This document shows positions 9,941 to 19,874 of a stretch of 64,000 nucleotides of DNA, one piece after another. Location of the stretch: IMG/VR virus record IMGVR_UViG_3300047476_001812, positions 1 through 64,000 of that record, one strand, 5' to 3'. The notes below the pieces were generated by a model. It saw only the letters and a program-made list of their open reading frames with translations, made no database searches and was not told the origin of the DNA. The position numbers and the translations under genes are program-made. The DNA comes from a virus. Positions within the stretch are counted from its first letter, which is position 1, and each line of letters starts with the position of its first letter.

Positions 9941-10348
9941 TTAGCCTTGTTCTTTTTTCTTTGGGTAAACAAACTTTACTGGCTTACCATACTCTTTTAC
10001 CTGAATAGGCTTAGGAAGTTGATTACCATATTGTAAGACAAACCAGCAATAAAACTCATTGAGGACACATTCTTTGTTTAACTTTTTGAATTGCCTTCTA
10101 GTCCAAGATTTATATTCCCTAAAAAAGAGAACCTCTTGACCTTTATAACATTCTATTACAGCCCTAACTTTACTTCCAGTAGTATTGAGTGAAAGCTCAA
10201 AGTAAGAATCAGGAAATCTGTTGTCAATTTGGCAATACTCAACATAAGTTTTACCAAAGTGTTTTACAAAGAAATTTAGGGTGATGCCTTTCACCCCAAT
10301 CTTAAAACTACCATCATAGTGGTAGGAATCTATTTCAGTTATTTGCAT
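9941..10348 (-). CDS. hypothetical protein
   Basis: 135-aa ORF. Confidence 0.6.
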   Translation of the reverse strand: MQITEIDSYHYDGSFKIGVKGITLNFFVKHFGKTYVEYCQIDNRFPDSYFELSLNTTGSKVRAVIECYKGQEVLFFREYKSWTRRQFKKLNKECVLNEFYCWFVLQYGNQLPKPIQVKEYGKPVKFVYPKKKEQG

Positions 10349-10457
10349 ACAAATAATAGAATCCCTTTACAAAAGAGAATGTGCCTTTGAAGCAAAATAG
10401 TCTCGTATTCCATTAACTCTATATCTTCTCTGAGATGATAGAGGTATGCTGATATGC

Positions 10458-10883
10458 TCATCTTCTAATCCCCCAATTTTCCAGCTTTAAAAGTTTTCTT
10501 GCTGTTAGTATTTCGTCTATAGAAAGACAAATGCGTTCAGGTGCAGAAGAGTCTTGTGTGGGGGTTTCTAATTTGCACCACCACCAATAACCTCCAATAC
10601 CATGAGGTCTATCTACCAAAAAGCAAGATGAAGAATCAGATGCCAGAACTTTAATTAACAGTTTATGGCTTTTTAATTGTTCTACAACAGCCTCTACCAT
10701 CTTTGATTGAATCCAGCACTCAATGTCAAAAACATCAAGTTCGCCTTTTAGATGTTTCTCAACACCTTCTTTAAGTGCATATATTAAAGACGGCTCAATA
10801 AGTATCCCCCTGCTCTCGTATGCAGCCATATTAGACATTATGTAATCAAAAAGAATGTGTTTCTTTGTTTGTGTTGAAGCCAT
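10458..10883 (-). CDS. hypothetical protein
   Basis: 141-aa ORF, class A element upstream. Confidence 0.65.
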   Translation of the reverse strand: MASTQTKKHILFDYIMSNMAAYESRGILIEPSLIYALKEGVEKHLKGELDVFDIECWIQSKMVEAVVEQLKSHKLLIKVLASDSSSCFLVDRPHGIGGYWWWCKLETPTQDSSAPERICLSIDEILTARKLLKLENWGIRR

Positions 10884-10922
10884 TATTTTAATCCCATCTT
10901 TTTAAAACAAGAACATCTTTCA

Positions 10923-10947
10923 TCACTACTAAATTGGCGTTAGCCAA
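10923..10947 (-). promoter_or_regulatory. class A hairpin element
   Basis: TCAC-N10; TTGGC-GTTA-GCCAA. Confidence 0.75.
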
Positions 10948-10976
10948 GTTTTTCAACTCAACTAACACCTTAATTG

Positions 10977-11240
10977 CTAGGCTGCGTGAGACTCTTCTTC
11001 TACTTCCTTGATTCCTTCTTCAATAATTTCTTCAATCATTTTAAAGAACTCATCAGAGGCTTGAATTAGAATCTCAGGCATATAACCTGTTTTAACAATC
11101 CTTTTAAGAGGCAATCCCCAATCAATTAAACAAATAGATTGAGGCATAGATTCAGGGTGACAGAAATTAACTGTACCACCTAGACTTCTAATTCTATCAA
11201 TCATTGTTTGAATTTCTGCGTAAGTCATTATCAAATTCAC
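10977..11240 (-). CDS. hypothetical protein
   Basis: 87-aa ORF. Confidence 0.55.
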   Translation of the reverse strand: MNLIMTYAEIQTMIDRIRSLGGTVNFCHPESMPQSICLIDWGLPLKRIVKTGYMPEILIQASDEFFKMIEEIIEEGIKEVEEESHAA

Positions 11241-11484
11241 TCCTTTTTTTAATTGCTATCTTGATTGAGCCAAAAAGCTGTTGTTCATTACTTTCTCTGA
11301 TGCCAAATACTTCACCTTTATAGTGAACAACAGCCATGTACTTACCATCAAAATAACCACCAGCTATGTCAGCAACTTCGGGTTTTATAGGTTCAAACTT
11401 TTCTTCTTCCATTAGTTCCTGAAATAGGTTTAAAGCCAACCTTAACGCCCCTAGAAACTTTAGCAACTTTGCCAACATCTTCAC
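11197..11484 (-). CDS. hypothetical protein (true start probably near 11412)
   Basis: ORF overlapping gp157-like gene end. Confidence 0.5.
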   Translation of the reverse strand: MKMLAKLLKFLGALRLALNLFQELMEEEKFEPIKPEVADIAGGYFDGKYMAVVHYKGEVFGIRESNEQQLFGSIKIAIKKRSEFDNDLRRNSNND

Positions 11485-11962
11485 CTCTTTTATGAGCGGC
11501 TAACAATTCTTTTTTTAAGGGAATATATTCAACCCTAGTCTCCCTAAATTGTTCAGGAAACTCTGGAGATGAAGGGTCAATCAGTAACTCCTCGACTTTG
11601 GGAGGGTTAAGTGAAAAGAATATTCTTTTAGAAGTCCCTAGAGTTTCTTCTGTGAGAATATTCTTTTCATAAAGTTTAATCAAGACATCAGTGCGAGATT
11701 GGATTTGTTTTTTGATAGAATCAACTCTTAACTGATACTTCTCTTTGGCTGCTTTGAGTTCAGCCTCTGCCCCAACTAAAGCTATTTCCAAATCATCCAT
11801 TTCATTTACTACAAAATCTACCAATTCAGGAATAAATTCTTGTAGTACAGAAATGCGTTCTATTACTTCACTCTCCCCAGCTTCGATGTATTCATCAAAA
11901 TTTTCCCAAAGAGATTGAAGTACGTGGGAATAGTATGATAGTTTATTAATTGTGTTAGTCAT
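11393..11962 (-). CDS. Siphovirus Gp157/Gam-like protein
   Basis: coiled coil then NPPKVE...PLKKELLAAHKRGEDV C-terminus typical of Gp157. Confidence 0.65.
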   Translation of the reverse strand: MTNTINKLSYYSHVLQSLWENFDEYIEAGESEVIERISVLQEFIPELVDFVVNEMDDLEIALVGAEAELKAAKEKYQLRVDSIKKQIQSRTDVLIKLYEKNILTEETLGTSKRIFFSLNPPKVEELLIDPSSPEFPEQFRETRVEYIPLKKELLAAHKRGEDVGKVAKVSRGVKVGFKPISGTNGRRKV

Positions 11963-11989
11963 TGTCTGTTCCTCTTCCTCTAATTTCTA

Positions 11990-12012
11990 TCACCAACACT
12001 AAGGCGTTAGCC
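11990..12012 (-). promoter_or_regulatory. class A hairpin element
   Basis: TCAC-N10-GCGTTAGC. Confidence 0.7.
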
Positions 12013-12069
12013 ATTTATTCAACTAGTTAAATAATTAAGGGAGACCTTGTAGCCTCCCTTGTGGTTTAT

Positions 12070-12954
12070 TTAGTAGTCAACTTCACCTGGTGGTAATGCT
12101 GACTTTATAAGTTGTGGCTCATCAAGTAGGTTAAGATTGCCATTAATAGGATGAAACTCTTCAAGTTGTTTAAGAATCCTGTCTGCAAAAGCAGCAAATG
12201 ATTTCCGAGTACCTTGAATCCGTCCATACTTAGGCATATTGAACGACTTATTTAATTCAGCTTTTGATTTGCTGCTAGGCTCTGTAAATGACTCTACAAC
12301 ACACACAAAAGACTGGTTCTCCTCACCAACTAATTCACCCGTAAACTTGGGATTAAATATTAAGCAAGCTTTAGCCTGTTCATTTAAAGTCAAGTATTCT
12401 CCATCCGAAGAATAGTTTTTGGTGTAAGCAGACTCAGCGAGTTTGCCAAAAGCATCCCAAGCTTTGCCAAATGTTGCAGCAGCCGCACCTTTGACGCTTA
12501 AAACTAGGGGTAAACTGTGAATAAACTCACCTTTAGAATCTAGCAATTGAATCAGATAAAAGGTTCTTAAAGAAGTCCCACCCCTAGTCTCAGGGTTGTG
12601 GTGAATGTATTGACCTATTTCGTTTTCGTACGATTGAAGTATAGCTCCAACCTTACCTAAACCCAATTCCGCTCCTTTCTTAGTAACCTCTACTAGGCGT
12701 GGACTGACACCCAGGATATGAAGCTTGGGTGAAGAGAAAAAATAACCAGATTCTTTGGTTTTCTCTTTATCCCTATATTGATGAGTGTATTTATCATACT
12801 CACCATCAACCTCATTCCATCCCGCCAATTTAGCGTCTTTTTCTTTTACAAATAGCCCCGGACGACTTTCCGAGTTCAATAACTGACAAACTGGAAGCTT
12901 GCCAATATTTCCACGGAACTCATCTTGAGTAAACATATCTAAAGTAGCTGTCAT
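12070..12954 (-). CDS. conserved cyanobacterial/phage protein (DUF5895-like), possible recombination or ssDNA-binding protein
   Basis: LPVCQLLN N-terminal motif; adjacent to gp157-like gene. Confidence 0.5.
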   Translation of the reverse strand: MTATLDMFTQDEFRGNIGKLPVCQLLNSESRPGLFVKEKDAKLAGWNEVDGEYDKYTHQYRDKEKTKESGYFFSSPKLHILGVSPRLVEVTKKGAELGLGKVGAILQSYENEIGQYIHHNPETRGGTSLRTFYLIQLLDSKGEFIHSLPLVLSVKGAAAATFGKAWDAFGKLAESAYTKNYSSDGEYLTLNEQAKACLIFNPKFTGELVGEENQSFVCVVESFTEPSSKSKAELNKSFNMPKYGRIQGTRKSFAAFADRILKQLEEFHPINGNLNLLDEPQLIKSALPPGEVDY

Positions 12955-13012
12955 TGTTTTGTTCCTTGTGATTCTAAGTAAGACTTTATGATTCTTGTTG
13001 AGAAATTATTCC

Positions 13013-13038
13013 TCACAATTGAAGGGGCAATCGCCCCT
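13013..13038 (-). promoter_or_regulatory. class A hairpin element, AATC-loop variant
   Basis: TCAC-N10; AGGGGC-AATC-GCCCCT. Confidence 0.7.
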
Positions 13039-13109
13039 ATAGCCTTGAGGGAAGTACAGACAAATTAAAAGGGAACTTCGTGCTTCGCAAAGCTAAAGCT
13101 AAAGCTCCC

Positions 13110-13132
13110 TCACAACCACTAAGGCGTTAGCC
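13110..13132 (-). promoter_or_regulatory. class A hairpin element
   Basis: TCAC-N10-GCGTTAGC. Confidence 0.7.
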
Positions 13133-13135
13133 GCC

Positions 13136-13372
13136 CTATTTCAAGCGATTTTGAAGAAACCCTTCTAAGCCATCACGGTCTTCATCACCAGCAAAAAAAT
13201 CCACTACTGGAAGGAAATAGGCAGGGGAAAGAGATAGAGGTTCGCGAATTTGAGTTAAAATGCCGCAAGCTTCTTTTAAAGTTTCATCTTCAACTTCTGA
13301 ATATCTCTTGACAAGAGTCTCTAACTCTCGTGCCAAGGTTTTGTGAGTCAATGCTTTTTCTGATTTAGCCAT
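13136..13372 (-). CDS. hypothetical protein
   Basis: 78-aa ORF with leader motif at 13383-13397. Confidence 0.6.
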   Translation of the reverse strand: MAKSEKALTHKTLARELETLVKRYSEVEDETLKEACGILTQIREPLSLSPAYFLPVVDFFAGDEDRDGLEGFLQNRLK

Positions 13373-13429
13373 GGTTTTAATTCCTGTTTACTTTGCTGTT
13401 TTAAGTTTATACTGCATTACACTTATTGT

Positions 13430-13681
13430 CTACTCTTTCACCAAAAATTCTGGATTAAAAAAGTAAGTTAACTGCCAATTCCAACCAGCCATGTAATGAG
13501 CAGAATGAGTCCTTTGTGGCTTATCTATCTGCCCATTCATAAAAGACTTAGCATCATCAACTCCATTGCAGTAATCTAACTCGTCCTCAGTTACAGAATT
13601 GGGAAAATCTGGAAGGCATGAGTAATCCTTGACTGAGAACTCCATTGCTTGAGCTTCAGCCATTCCAGCTAGATATGACAT
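13430..13681 (-). CDS. hypothetical protein
   Basis: 83-aa ORF. Confidence 0.6.
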   Translation of the reverse strand: MSYLAGMAEAQAMEFSVKDYSCLPDFPNSVTEDELDYCNGVDDAKSFMNGQIDKPQRTHSAHYMAGWNWQLTYFFNPEFLVKE

Positions 13682-13747
13682 AGTAGTAAAATCCTTTAGA
13701 TAATTTAGTGATGCCCATTCCCGATAAGTCAGGATATGGGCTTTTTT

Positions 13748-13945
13748 TTATTCGACTTCAGTCCAACCAGGTTCGATGAAGTTAGAAATCCATTCTTGAA
13801 CGTAATTATCAAGAATCTCTTCAATTTGTTTGGGATTCAATTTAGACCACTCTTCCTCTGAATAACCCAGTTCATCTATGTTAACCGTGTCTTCATGAAT
13901 TGCACTAGCAAACCCCGTCTTGCAGTATAATTTGTACGTTTTCAT
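13748..13945 (-). CDS. hypothetical acidic phage protein
   Basis: 65-aa ORF followed by terminator-like hairpin. Confidence 0.65.
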   Translation of the reverse strand: MKTYKLYCKTGFASAIHEDTVNIDELGYSEEEWSKLNPKQIEEILDNYVQEWISNFIEPGWTEVE

Positions 13946-14211
13946 AATAAACTCAACTGATTCCCTAGAGTTTCCATCACCACTTCTCTGGCGTTAGCCA
14001 GTCTGTAATAAGATTTTTGCCCAGACTGAGAAAGTTTAGGCAAAGAACTACAACTACCTTCTCTCAGAATAAGAATATTACATCCCTTTTTCCGTAACTT
14101 GTGAACTGCATCACCGTATCTGGCATCAGCAATTTTGGAAAGCTCATCTGAGTAATGCCATTGACCATCTTGAAGAAGGTCTAGTAAAAGGTCTTGTTTA
14201 GTTTGCAACAT
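13942..14211 (-). CDS. winged helix-turn-helix protein
   Basis: LLDLLQDGQWHYSDEL...AVHKLRKKGCNI. Confidence 0.65.
   Translation of the reverse strand: MLQTKQDLLLDLLQDGQWHYSDELSKIADARYGDAVHKLRKKGCNILILREGSCSSLPKLSQSGQKSYYRLANAREVVMETLGNQLSLL
13977..14001 (-). promoter_or_regulatory. class A hairpin element (inside 3' end of upstream gene)
   Basis: TCAC-N10; CTGGC-GTTA-GCCAG. Confidence 0.7.
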
Positions 14212-14238
14212 TGTCCAAACCTATCCGTTTATTTTGCT

Positions 14239-14263
14239 TCACAATCACTAAGGCGTTAGCCTT
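14239..14263 (-). promoter_or_regulatory. class A hairpin element
   Basis: TCAC-N10; AAGGC-GTTA-GCCTT. Confidence 0.75.
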
Positions 14264-14581
14264 TACTCTTATCCTATATTACCTCTAGTCTGACTGCAAT
14301 AATATTGCATTGGTGTAACATTCTAGTTAAATGCACTGCTTAAAAATAAAATCATCTATCAAAAGTAGTAAATATAAGTGAGTCAAATCACTTCCCATGT
14401 GTCTAAAGTGATGCTATAGTAAACTAGACAAGAAAAAACCCACCGCAGTTAACGGCAGGTTTATTAGCAAAATAAACGGAATTTAAGCAAAAGCAGTCAA
14501 TCTCAAGTTGGGTACGAACCAACTCATACCAAGGTTGATAGCTTTTGCCTTGGTTCAGTTATACCCCTAACTATATTCTCT

Positions 14582-14920
14582 ATGGTCGCAATTTGCAATA
14601 CTGATAACCAAGAAAATAACAAAAGACTCCACTTCTACCTTTTTGCTTATGAATCCATACTTAGGGCAAATCTACTACCATCAGTAAAGGTAGTAGCTCA
14701 AATATTAATCTACCAAGGTGCATTAAAAGATTGCGGTTCTTGCATAACCAATGAAATCATAGCAGGACTTGCTGGGCTTGATATAGCTACAGTGCAAAGG
14801 CAAGTAGGCTTACTTGTCAAGCTAAAAATATTTTATCGTCATAGAGAGGGACGGAATAGCCCCTACACCTACCACTTCAACAGGAATACTGAAGAATGGG
14901 AGGTAGAGAGATATGTGTAG
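14582..14920 (+). CDS. winged HTH protein (HTH_36-like)
   Basis: TNEIIAGLAGLDIATVQRQVGLLVKLKI; TGnTATAGT extended -10 near 14412. Confidence 0.65.
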   Translation: MVAICNTDNQENNKRLHFYLFAYESILRANLLPSVKVVAQILIYQGALKDCGSCITNEIIAGLAGLDIATVQRQVGLLVKLKIFYRHREGRNSPYTYHFNRNTEEWEVERYV

Positions 14921-15034
14921 GCTCTTTATTTATGATATTCTTTATTTAAGTTTCCAAAATAAAGACCCCGCAATGCTGGAAACATTCGGGGATTGGCGAC
15001 TCACTCATTTGTTTAAACCTCTTGGAGTCACATT

Positions 15035-16168
15035 ATGAATATAGCACAAGATTTTAATTCGACAACATTTAATTTAATTTCCAGTTTGCTTTCTTCTCCC
15101 ATCAGCTTTCACCAAATCTTTGCAAGAGTAGGTGGTGGAGCAACAGAGGGATTGTTCCTAAGCCAGCTCTACCACTGGACACAAGCTGTGAAGGAAGAGA
15201 ATAAGTGGATTGAAAGAACCTACCAGCAATGGCATGAACTTACCTATCTCACCCGCAGAGAGTTAGATGCAGCCCGCAAAAAACTAAAAGCATTAGGTAT
15301 TCTTGAGGAAAAGAAAGTAGGTTCTAAACAAAACATTCTTTATAAGTTAGATATCTCTGGTTTGTTCAAGCTGATTATAGAAACTTGTAATCCCAGTACA
15401 GATATACTAGACCAGCCTACAACGGTAGAATCAGGGTTTGAGGGTGCGCCAGTAAAAGGGGCAAAAGAGCTAGGACTCTTACCGGTATTGGATTTTCCTG
15501 TGCGCGAGATGGCTAGTCCACTACAGGAGTTTCCAGTAGTAGATTCAATTCCACCAATTCAAGAATTAAAATTTGTAGAACCTTTACCAATACTTGATTT
15601 CCTATCCCACCAGCCTATAGACTATGAACCACTTCCACTACAGCAAAGCTATTCCTCTACCCAGAAGTTTGAGGACAAATGGAAGCCTAAACCCTTGCAG
15701 CCTTGGAGGACTAGTCTTGGTAAACACCAATATAAACCTGATGTAGTTAAATACCTTAAAGAAGTTTATCTACCCAGGACACCGCATTACGAAGGCAAAG
15801 AAATTACTTCTGGTCAAGTTATGATGTGGCTTGCTAAACGAGAATATGATGAGCAGGGTTTAGCTTTAATTGAAGCCATGATGTTGGATTTCCAGGAATA
15901 CACCACATCACCTGCGGCTAACGCCGCTAGAGCGTTGAAGGAAATAGATAATCTTCCTTCATGGGTCAAAACCTCTTGGGCTTGGGTAAAAACTCAATAC
16001 AAAGAATATTTGGAATGTAAATGCGACTTATCTAAGTTCCATTACACCAAATCTCAAGCTGAGATAGACGTGTGGGAATTATGGATTAGTAAAACATTCC
16101 CTGACAATTTCCCCAATATGCTTGCAGACAAAAACAAGATATTGAGTAATTTAAGGAATGTGGCATAA
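15035..16168 (+). CDS. phage replication initiator-like protein
   Basis: N-terminal LSQLYHW..W...TYQQWHELTYLTRRELDAARKKL wHTH; upstream of dnaB. Confidence 0.65.
   Translation: MNIAQDFNSTTFNLISSLLSSPISFHQIFARVGGGATEGLFLSQLYHWTQAVKEENKWIERTYQQWHELTYLTRRELDAARKKLKALGILEEKKVGSKQNILYKLDISGLFKLIIETCNPSTDILDQPTTVESGFEGAPVKGAKELGLLPVLDFPVREMASPLQEFPVVDSIPPIQELKFVEPLPILDFLSHQPIDYEPLPLQQSYSSTQKFEDKWKPKPLQPWRTSLGKHQYKPDVVKYLKEVYLPRTPHYEGKEITSGQVMMWLAKREYDEQGLALIEAMMLDFQEYTTSPAANAARALKEIDNLPSWVKTSWAWVKTQYKEYLECKCDLSKFHYTKSQAEIDVWELWISKTFPDNFPNMLADKNKILSNLRNVA
15914..15938 (+). promoter_or_regulatory. class A hairpin element in + orientation
   Basis: GCGGC-TAAC-GCCGC with TTGA exactly 10 nt after core; points toward dnaB. 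Confidence 0.55.
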
Positions 16169-16170
16169 TC

Positions 16171-16194
16171 TCACCGCCCCCAAAGCGTTAGCTT
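16171..16194 (-). promoter_or_regulatory. class A hairpin element antisense to the initiator gene
   Basis: TCAC-N10; AAGC-GTTA-GCTT. Confidence 0.6.
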
Positions 16195-16257
16195 CCTTAA
16201 TACCTTTGCCCTGTGCTATCTTTAGATTAATGTAACAATTAGTCTGAAGATATCTTT

Positions 16258-16488
16258 ATGGGATATAACTCAGGTCGTGGTGGTAAAAGAAATGGTGCTG
16301 GTAGACCTGCTACTGGTGTTGGGAAAGTAATGAGAATAGCTACTAACTTATCCCGTGAGCAGTTAGAAGCTGCTCTTAATTTACTTGATGAGTATGAGGA
16401 GATATCTGAAAAGAGTTCTCCTACATCCCCAAGGTTTGAACGGTTGAGAGAAATGTTGAATAAATATAAGGCGATTAAAAATGGATAA
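16258..16488 (+). CDS. small DNA-binding protein
   Basis: RGGKRNGAGRP motif. Confidence 0.65.
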   Translation: MGYNSGRGGKRNGAGRPATGVGKVMRIATNLSREQLEAALNLLDEYEEISEKSSPTSPRFERLREMLNKYKAIKNG

Positions 16489-16828
16489 CGATGTTAAAGG
16501 GCTTTATAAATTGTGTAGTGAAATTCTTTTAAAAGAAGGATTTTTCTTCTCACACTGCTACTGGAATCTTGATGGAAATAAACACCCTGTTGCTAAATCT
16601 GCTGATTGTGATTGCCCGGGAATCCAAGTTTACCTTCCTGAAGAAAATGGGAATATTGGTATTCAGTCAGTTGTTGAAACAGATTATTTTTCCACTGATG
16701 CTATCACCATAGAGAATGAATCTCAACTTAGGGCTGTGTTATCAGCGTTGATTTTGTTAATAAAGAATTGGCATGAGCGTTTAATTAGATTAGAAGAAAT
16801 TTACAAAGACCAATTAATGTCTGAATAG
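16481..16828 (+). CDS. hypothetical protein
   Basis: 115-aa ORF overlapping upstream gene. Confidence 0.6.
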   Translation: MDNDVKGLYKLCSEILLKEGFFFSHCYWNLDGNKHPVAKSADCDCPGIQVYLPEENGNIGIQSVVETDYFSTDAITIENESQLRAVLSALILLIKNWHERLIRLEEIYKDQLMSE

Positions 16829-16915
16829 TATTTATAGTAGCCTATGGTGTTTAATTCATAGGCTATTGCCTTATTTGTAGTGAAGATTAATAGCAAAATA
16901 AACAGGTTAACAGTT

Positions 16916-18265
16916 ATGTTAGAACTAAACTTTAGTGGTAATCCGTCTTTACCCCCACAAAACATGGAAGCAGAAGAAGCGATTCTAGGTGGTATTTTAT
17001 TAGACCCAGATGCAATTTCTAGGGTAATAGATAAACTACGTCCTGAAATGTTTTACCTTAGTGACCACGGCATTATTTACGATGCTGCTGTAGTTTTACA
17101 TTCTCAAGGTAAACCAACGGATTTATTATCAATAACAAGTTGGTTAACTGACCACGATAAATTAATGAGAGTTGGTGGTAGGAACAAACTGGCAACATTG
17201 ACAGACAGAGTAGTTTGTGCCGTTAATATTGATGCCTTGGCAGAATTAGTAATAGAAAAATATGATAGACGGCAAATAATTAAAACTGGAAATGAGTTAG
17301 TTCAATTAGGGCATCAAACCAATTTATCTATTGATGAGGTAAAAAATATAGCAGAACAGAAGGTTTATGCTGTTACTCAATCAGGTAGAAAAGCCATTTT
17401 TACCAATGCTAACACCATTGCTGCGGTGAATTTTAACCACACAATTAATGTTGCTAATGGTTTAATTCCTCCTGGTATTCCCTGTGGTTTCTATGATTTA
17501 GATGCCATGACTGCGGGATTCCAAAGAAGTGATTTAATCATAGTTGCTGGTAGACCAAGTATGGGAAAAACAGCAATTGCGGTAAACATTTCTAAGTATA
17601 TTGCCACCCAACACAATTTACCTGTTGCTATCTTTTCTCTGGAAATGAGTAAAGAACAATTAGTAAATAGAATGCAAAGTGCTGATGCAAAAGTTCCATC
17701 TATTGCATTGAAGACGGGAAAATTAACTAAAGAACAATGGGATAATTTACAACTTGCTACCAGGAATATAAGTCCCAACATTCACATCTGTGATACTGGT
17801 AATGTTAGTGTTGGAGTTATTAACAGCCAATGCCGTAGTTTAGCCAGTGAACAAGGGCAACTTGGTTTGGTAATGATAGATTACCTACAACTAATGTCTG
17901 ACCCTAGATTTGATGGGAAAGACAACAGAGTAGCTGAATTATCATACATCACTAGAATGTTAAAACAAATGGCTAGAGAACTCCATTGTCCTGTGATAGC
18001 TCTATCTCAATTAAGTCGTGCTGTAGAAGCAAGAACAAATAAACGTCCTATGCTAAGTGACTTACGTGAAAGCGGAAGTATTGAGCAAGAAGCAGATATA
18101 GCAATGTTTTTGTATAGGGATGAGTATTACAATTCCGAAACCATGGACAAGGGTTTAGCAGAAATCATAATTGCTAAACACAGAAATGGACCAACGGGAA
18201 CTGTGAAGTTGTTGTTCGATGCTGAATATACTCAGTTTAAAAATATGGTTCAGCAGACCTGGTAA
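16916..18265 (+). CDS. dnaB: replicative DNA helicase DnaB (start revised to 16916)
   Basis: LPPQNMEAEEAILGGILLD, AGRPSMGKT, IDYLQL, LSQLSR, SDLRESGSIEQEAD, KHRNGPTG. Confidence 0.97.
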   Translation: MLELNFSGNPSLPPQNMEAEEAILGGILLDPDAISRVIDKLRPEMFYLSDHGIIYDAAVVLHSQGKPTDLLSITSWLTDHDKLMRVGGRNKLATLTDRVVCAVNIDALAELVIEKYDRRQIIKTGNELVQLGHQTNLSIDEVKNIAEQKVYAVTQSGRKAIFTNANTIAAVNFNHTINVANGLIPPGIPCGFYDLDAMTAGFQRSDLIIVAGRPSMGKTAIAVNISKYIATQHNLPVAIFSLEMSKEQLVNRMQSADAKVPSIALKTGKLTKEQWDNLQLATRNISPNIHICDTGNVSVGVINSQCRSLASEQGQLGLVMIDYLQLMSDPRFDGKDNRVAELSYITRMLKQMARELHCPVIALSQLSRAVEARTNKRPMLSDLRESGSIEQEADIAMFLYRDEYYNSETMDKGLAEIIIAKHRNGPTGTVKLLFDAEYTQFKNMVQQTW

Positions 18266-18352
18266 TGTAATTTCTCGCCTGTTTGCAGCAAAATTTCCTG
18301 AGCAGCATCATAGATGCTTTTGTAATTGCTCAGGAAAGGACTTAAGAGAGGG

Positions 18353-18913
18353 TCATTCAATCCACCAACCAGTCTCGTTCTCAAAGTAGGTTATGTTCAC
18401 TTCTGCTTGCGACATCAGCTTTTCGCAAGCAGGTATAAATTCTTTTAAAATCCAATCATCCATACTTTCACCGTCCTCATCTTTGTAGGTAAAGCCATAA
18501 ACGGGAACATTCTTATCCCATCTTCGGCTGTTAACTGCCCTCAAATCGCAGTTTTCTCCGTCACGGTTGTTCCATTCGTGACTTTGCGTTGTCACCATAG
18601 CTCCGTAGCTTTTGACGACCTTTTCTTTTTTTAAACCTATTCCCTCCAAGATATGATCCATCCATTTTAGTGGATCTTCGAGGAAACAATGCTTAAAGAC
18701 GAAGCTAAAACGCTTCGTCTGACAGGATAAGCTCCTATCTTTTTCGACAACGAACCTACCGTCACCCAGCTCTAAAATATCGCCAGGGCAAACGGACGCG
18801 TAAATGGCGTCTTTCACCAACTCATCCGAGTCGGCCAACCTAAAACCTTCGTTGGTGAAAGACATCCCTTCCATCGCGTGCCAAATTTTGATAGCTTCTG
18901 TAATATTTGTCAT
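18353..18913 (-). CDS. hypothetical protein, compositionally atypical
   Basis: AGGAG RBS; more CpG and GC than neighbours, two GATC sites. Confidence 0.7.
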   Translation of the reverse strand: MTNITEAIKIWHAMEGMSFTNEGFRLADSDELVKDAIYASVCPGDILELGDGRFVVEKDRSLSCQTKRFSFVFKHCFLEDPLKWMDHILEGIGLKKEKVVKSYGAMVTTQSHEWNNRDGENCDLRAVNSRRWDKNVPVYGFTYKDEDGESMDDWILKEFIPACEKLMSQAEVNITYFENETGWWIE

Positions 18914-18950
18914 TTCCCTAACTCCTTTATTGAGATTTTCACCTTTTTTT

Positions 18951-18974
18951 TCACAAACATTCAGGCGTTAGCCT
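18951..18974 (-). promoter_or_regulatory. class A hairpin element
   Basis: TCAC-N10; AGGC-GTTA-GCCT. Confidence 0.75.
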
Positions 18975-19110
18975 TGTTCTATTGCTTTCATTAGTCCTGA
19001 AATATTGGGATTTTCACCCCATAAACAGCCAAACTCTAGGGAGAGCTTTTCGAGTTCGGCTTTGTAATCCGGGGAGACAGAGAGCATAACGCTCTCTGAC
19101 TTTCTAGACA

Positions 19111-19416
19111 TTATGCCAATAAATGACTTATGGTGTTGCTGTAGCCTACTGTTTTTTCTTGTGCAATTCTGGCTGCATCAGCAGAAAATCTTGTTGCCTC
19201 TTCTTTATTGGGGGTTTTTGTCCATTCAATTTCCTGTCTTTTCCCACCAACTGAATCAGTCTCTACCTTAGTCCCTAGTATTCGAATATATTTTTTATCC
19301 TTGTTATCAAATAGGACTGTAGTTGCATTTTTCATGGCATCATCCTCGATGATTTCTATTGCTGGCAGTTCTTTCTGCAAAGAGCCATTGAATTTATAGT
19401 CAAATGAGTTAGACAT
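19111..19416 (-). CDS. hypothetical protein
   Basis: AAGGAG RBS. Confidence 0.65.
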   Translation of the reverse strand: MSNSFDYKFNGSLQKELPAIEIIEDDAMKNATTVLFDNKDKKYIRILGTKVETDSVGGKRQEIEWTKTPNKEEATRFSADAARIAQEKTVGYSNTISHLLA

Positions 19417-19505
19417 GATAATGCTCCTTGATACTTTGCTTGGGTTGTTGATATGTCATAGACTTGGTAATTAGTTAGGGGGTGTTGAATCCCCCAATTA
19501 ATTAC

Positions 19506-19874
19506 TTATTCAATTTCTTCTATGATTTGCCTAGCAGCTTCCTTGCAAGTGCAAACACAATCGCTCAGGGAGATGCTACTATTACCGTTAGCTTCTTTCA
19601 TCGCTTTAGTAAATTCAGAGAAATCATGGGGTATGAAAGGCTTAGTTTTCCAACTCTTACCTATAGAACTATCATTAAAAGTTCCACCCATAATCATTCT
19701 ATCCCACTTGTGTAAAGGCAGAGTATTAAAACTCTCGTCATTTTGAAAAGCATGAACTAATTTCTCCTTGGAAAACACCCTTAACACCGCTTGTTTAATC
19801 TCATCAGACACAAATTGACCATAATACTCGCGGTGAGTACATTCATTTGTCATGTATTGTTTTCTTGTAAACAT
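19506..19874 (-). CDS. hypothetical phage protein (start revised to 19874)
   Basis: AGGAG RBS before MFTRKQY; class A element at 19946-19968. Confidence 0.7.
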   Translation of the reverse strand: MFTRKQYMTNECTHREYYGQFVSDEIKQAVLRVFSKEKLVHAFQNDESFNTLPLHKWDRMIMGGTFNDSSIGKSWKTKPFIPHDFSEFTKAMKEANGNSSISLSDCVCTCKEAARQIIEEIE

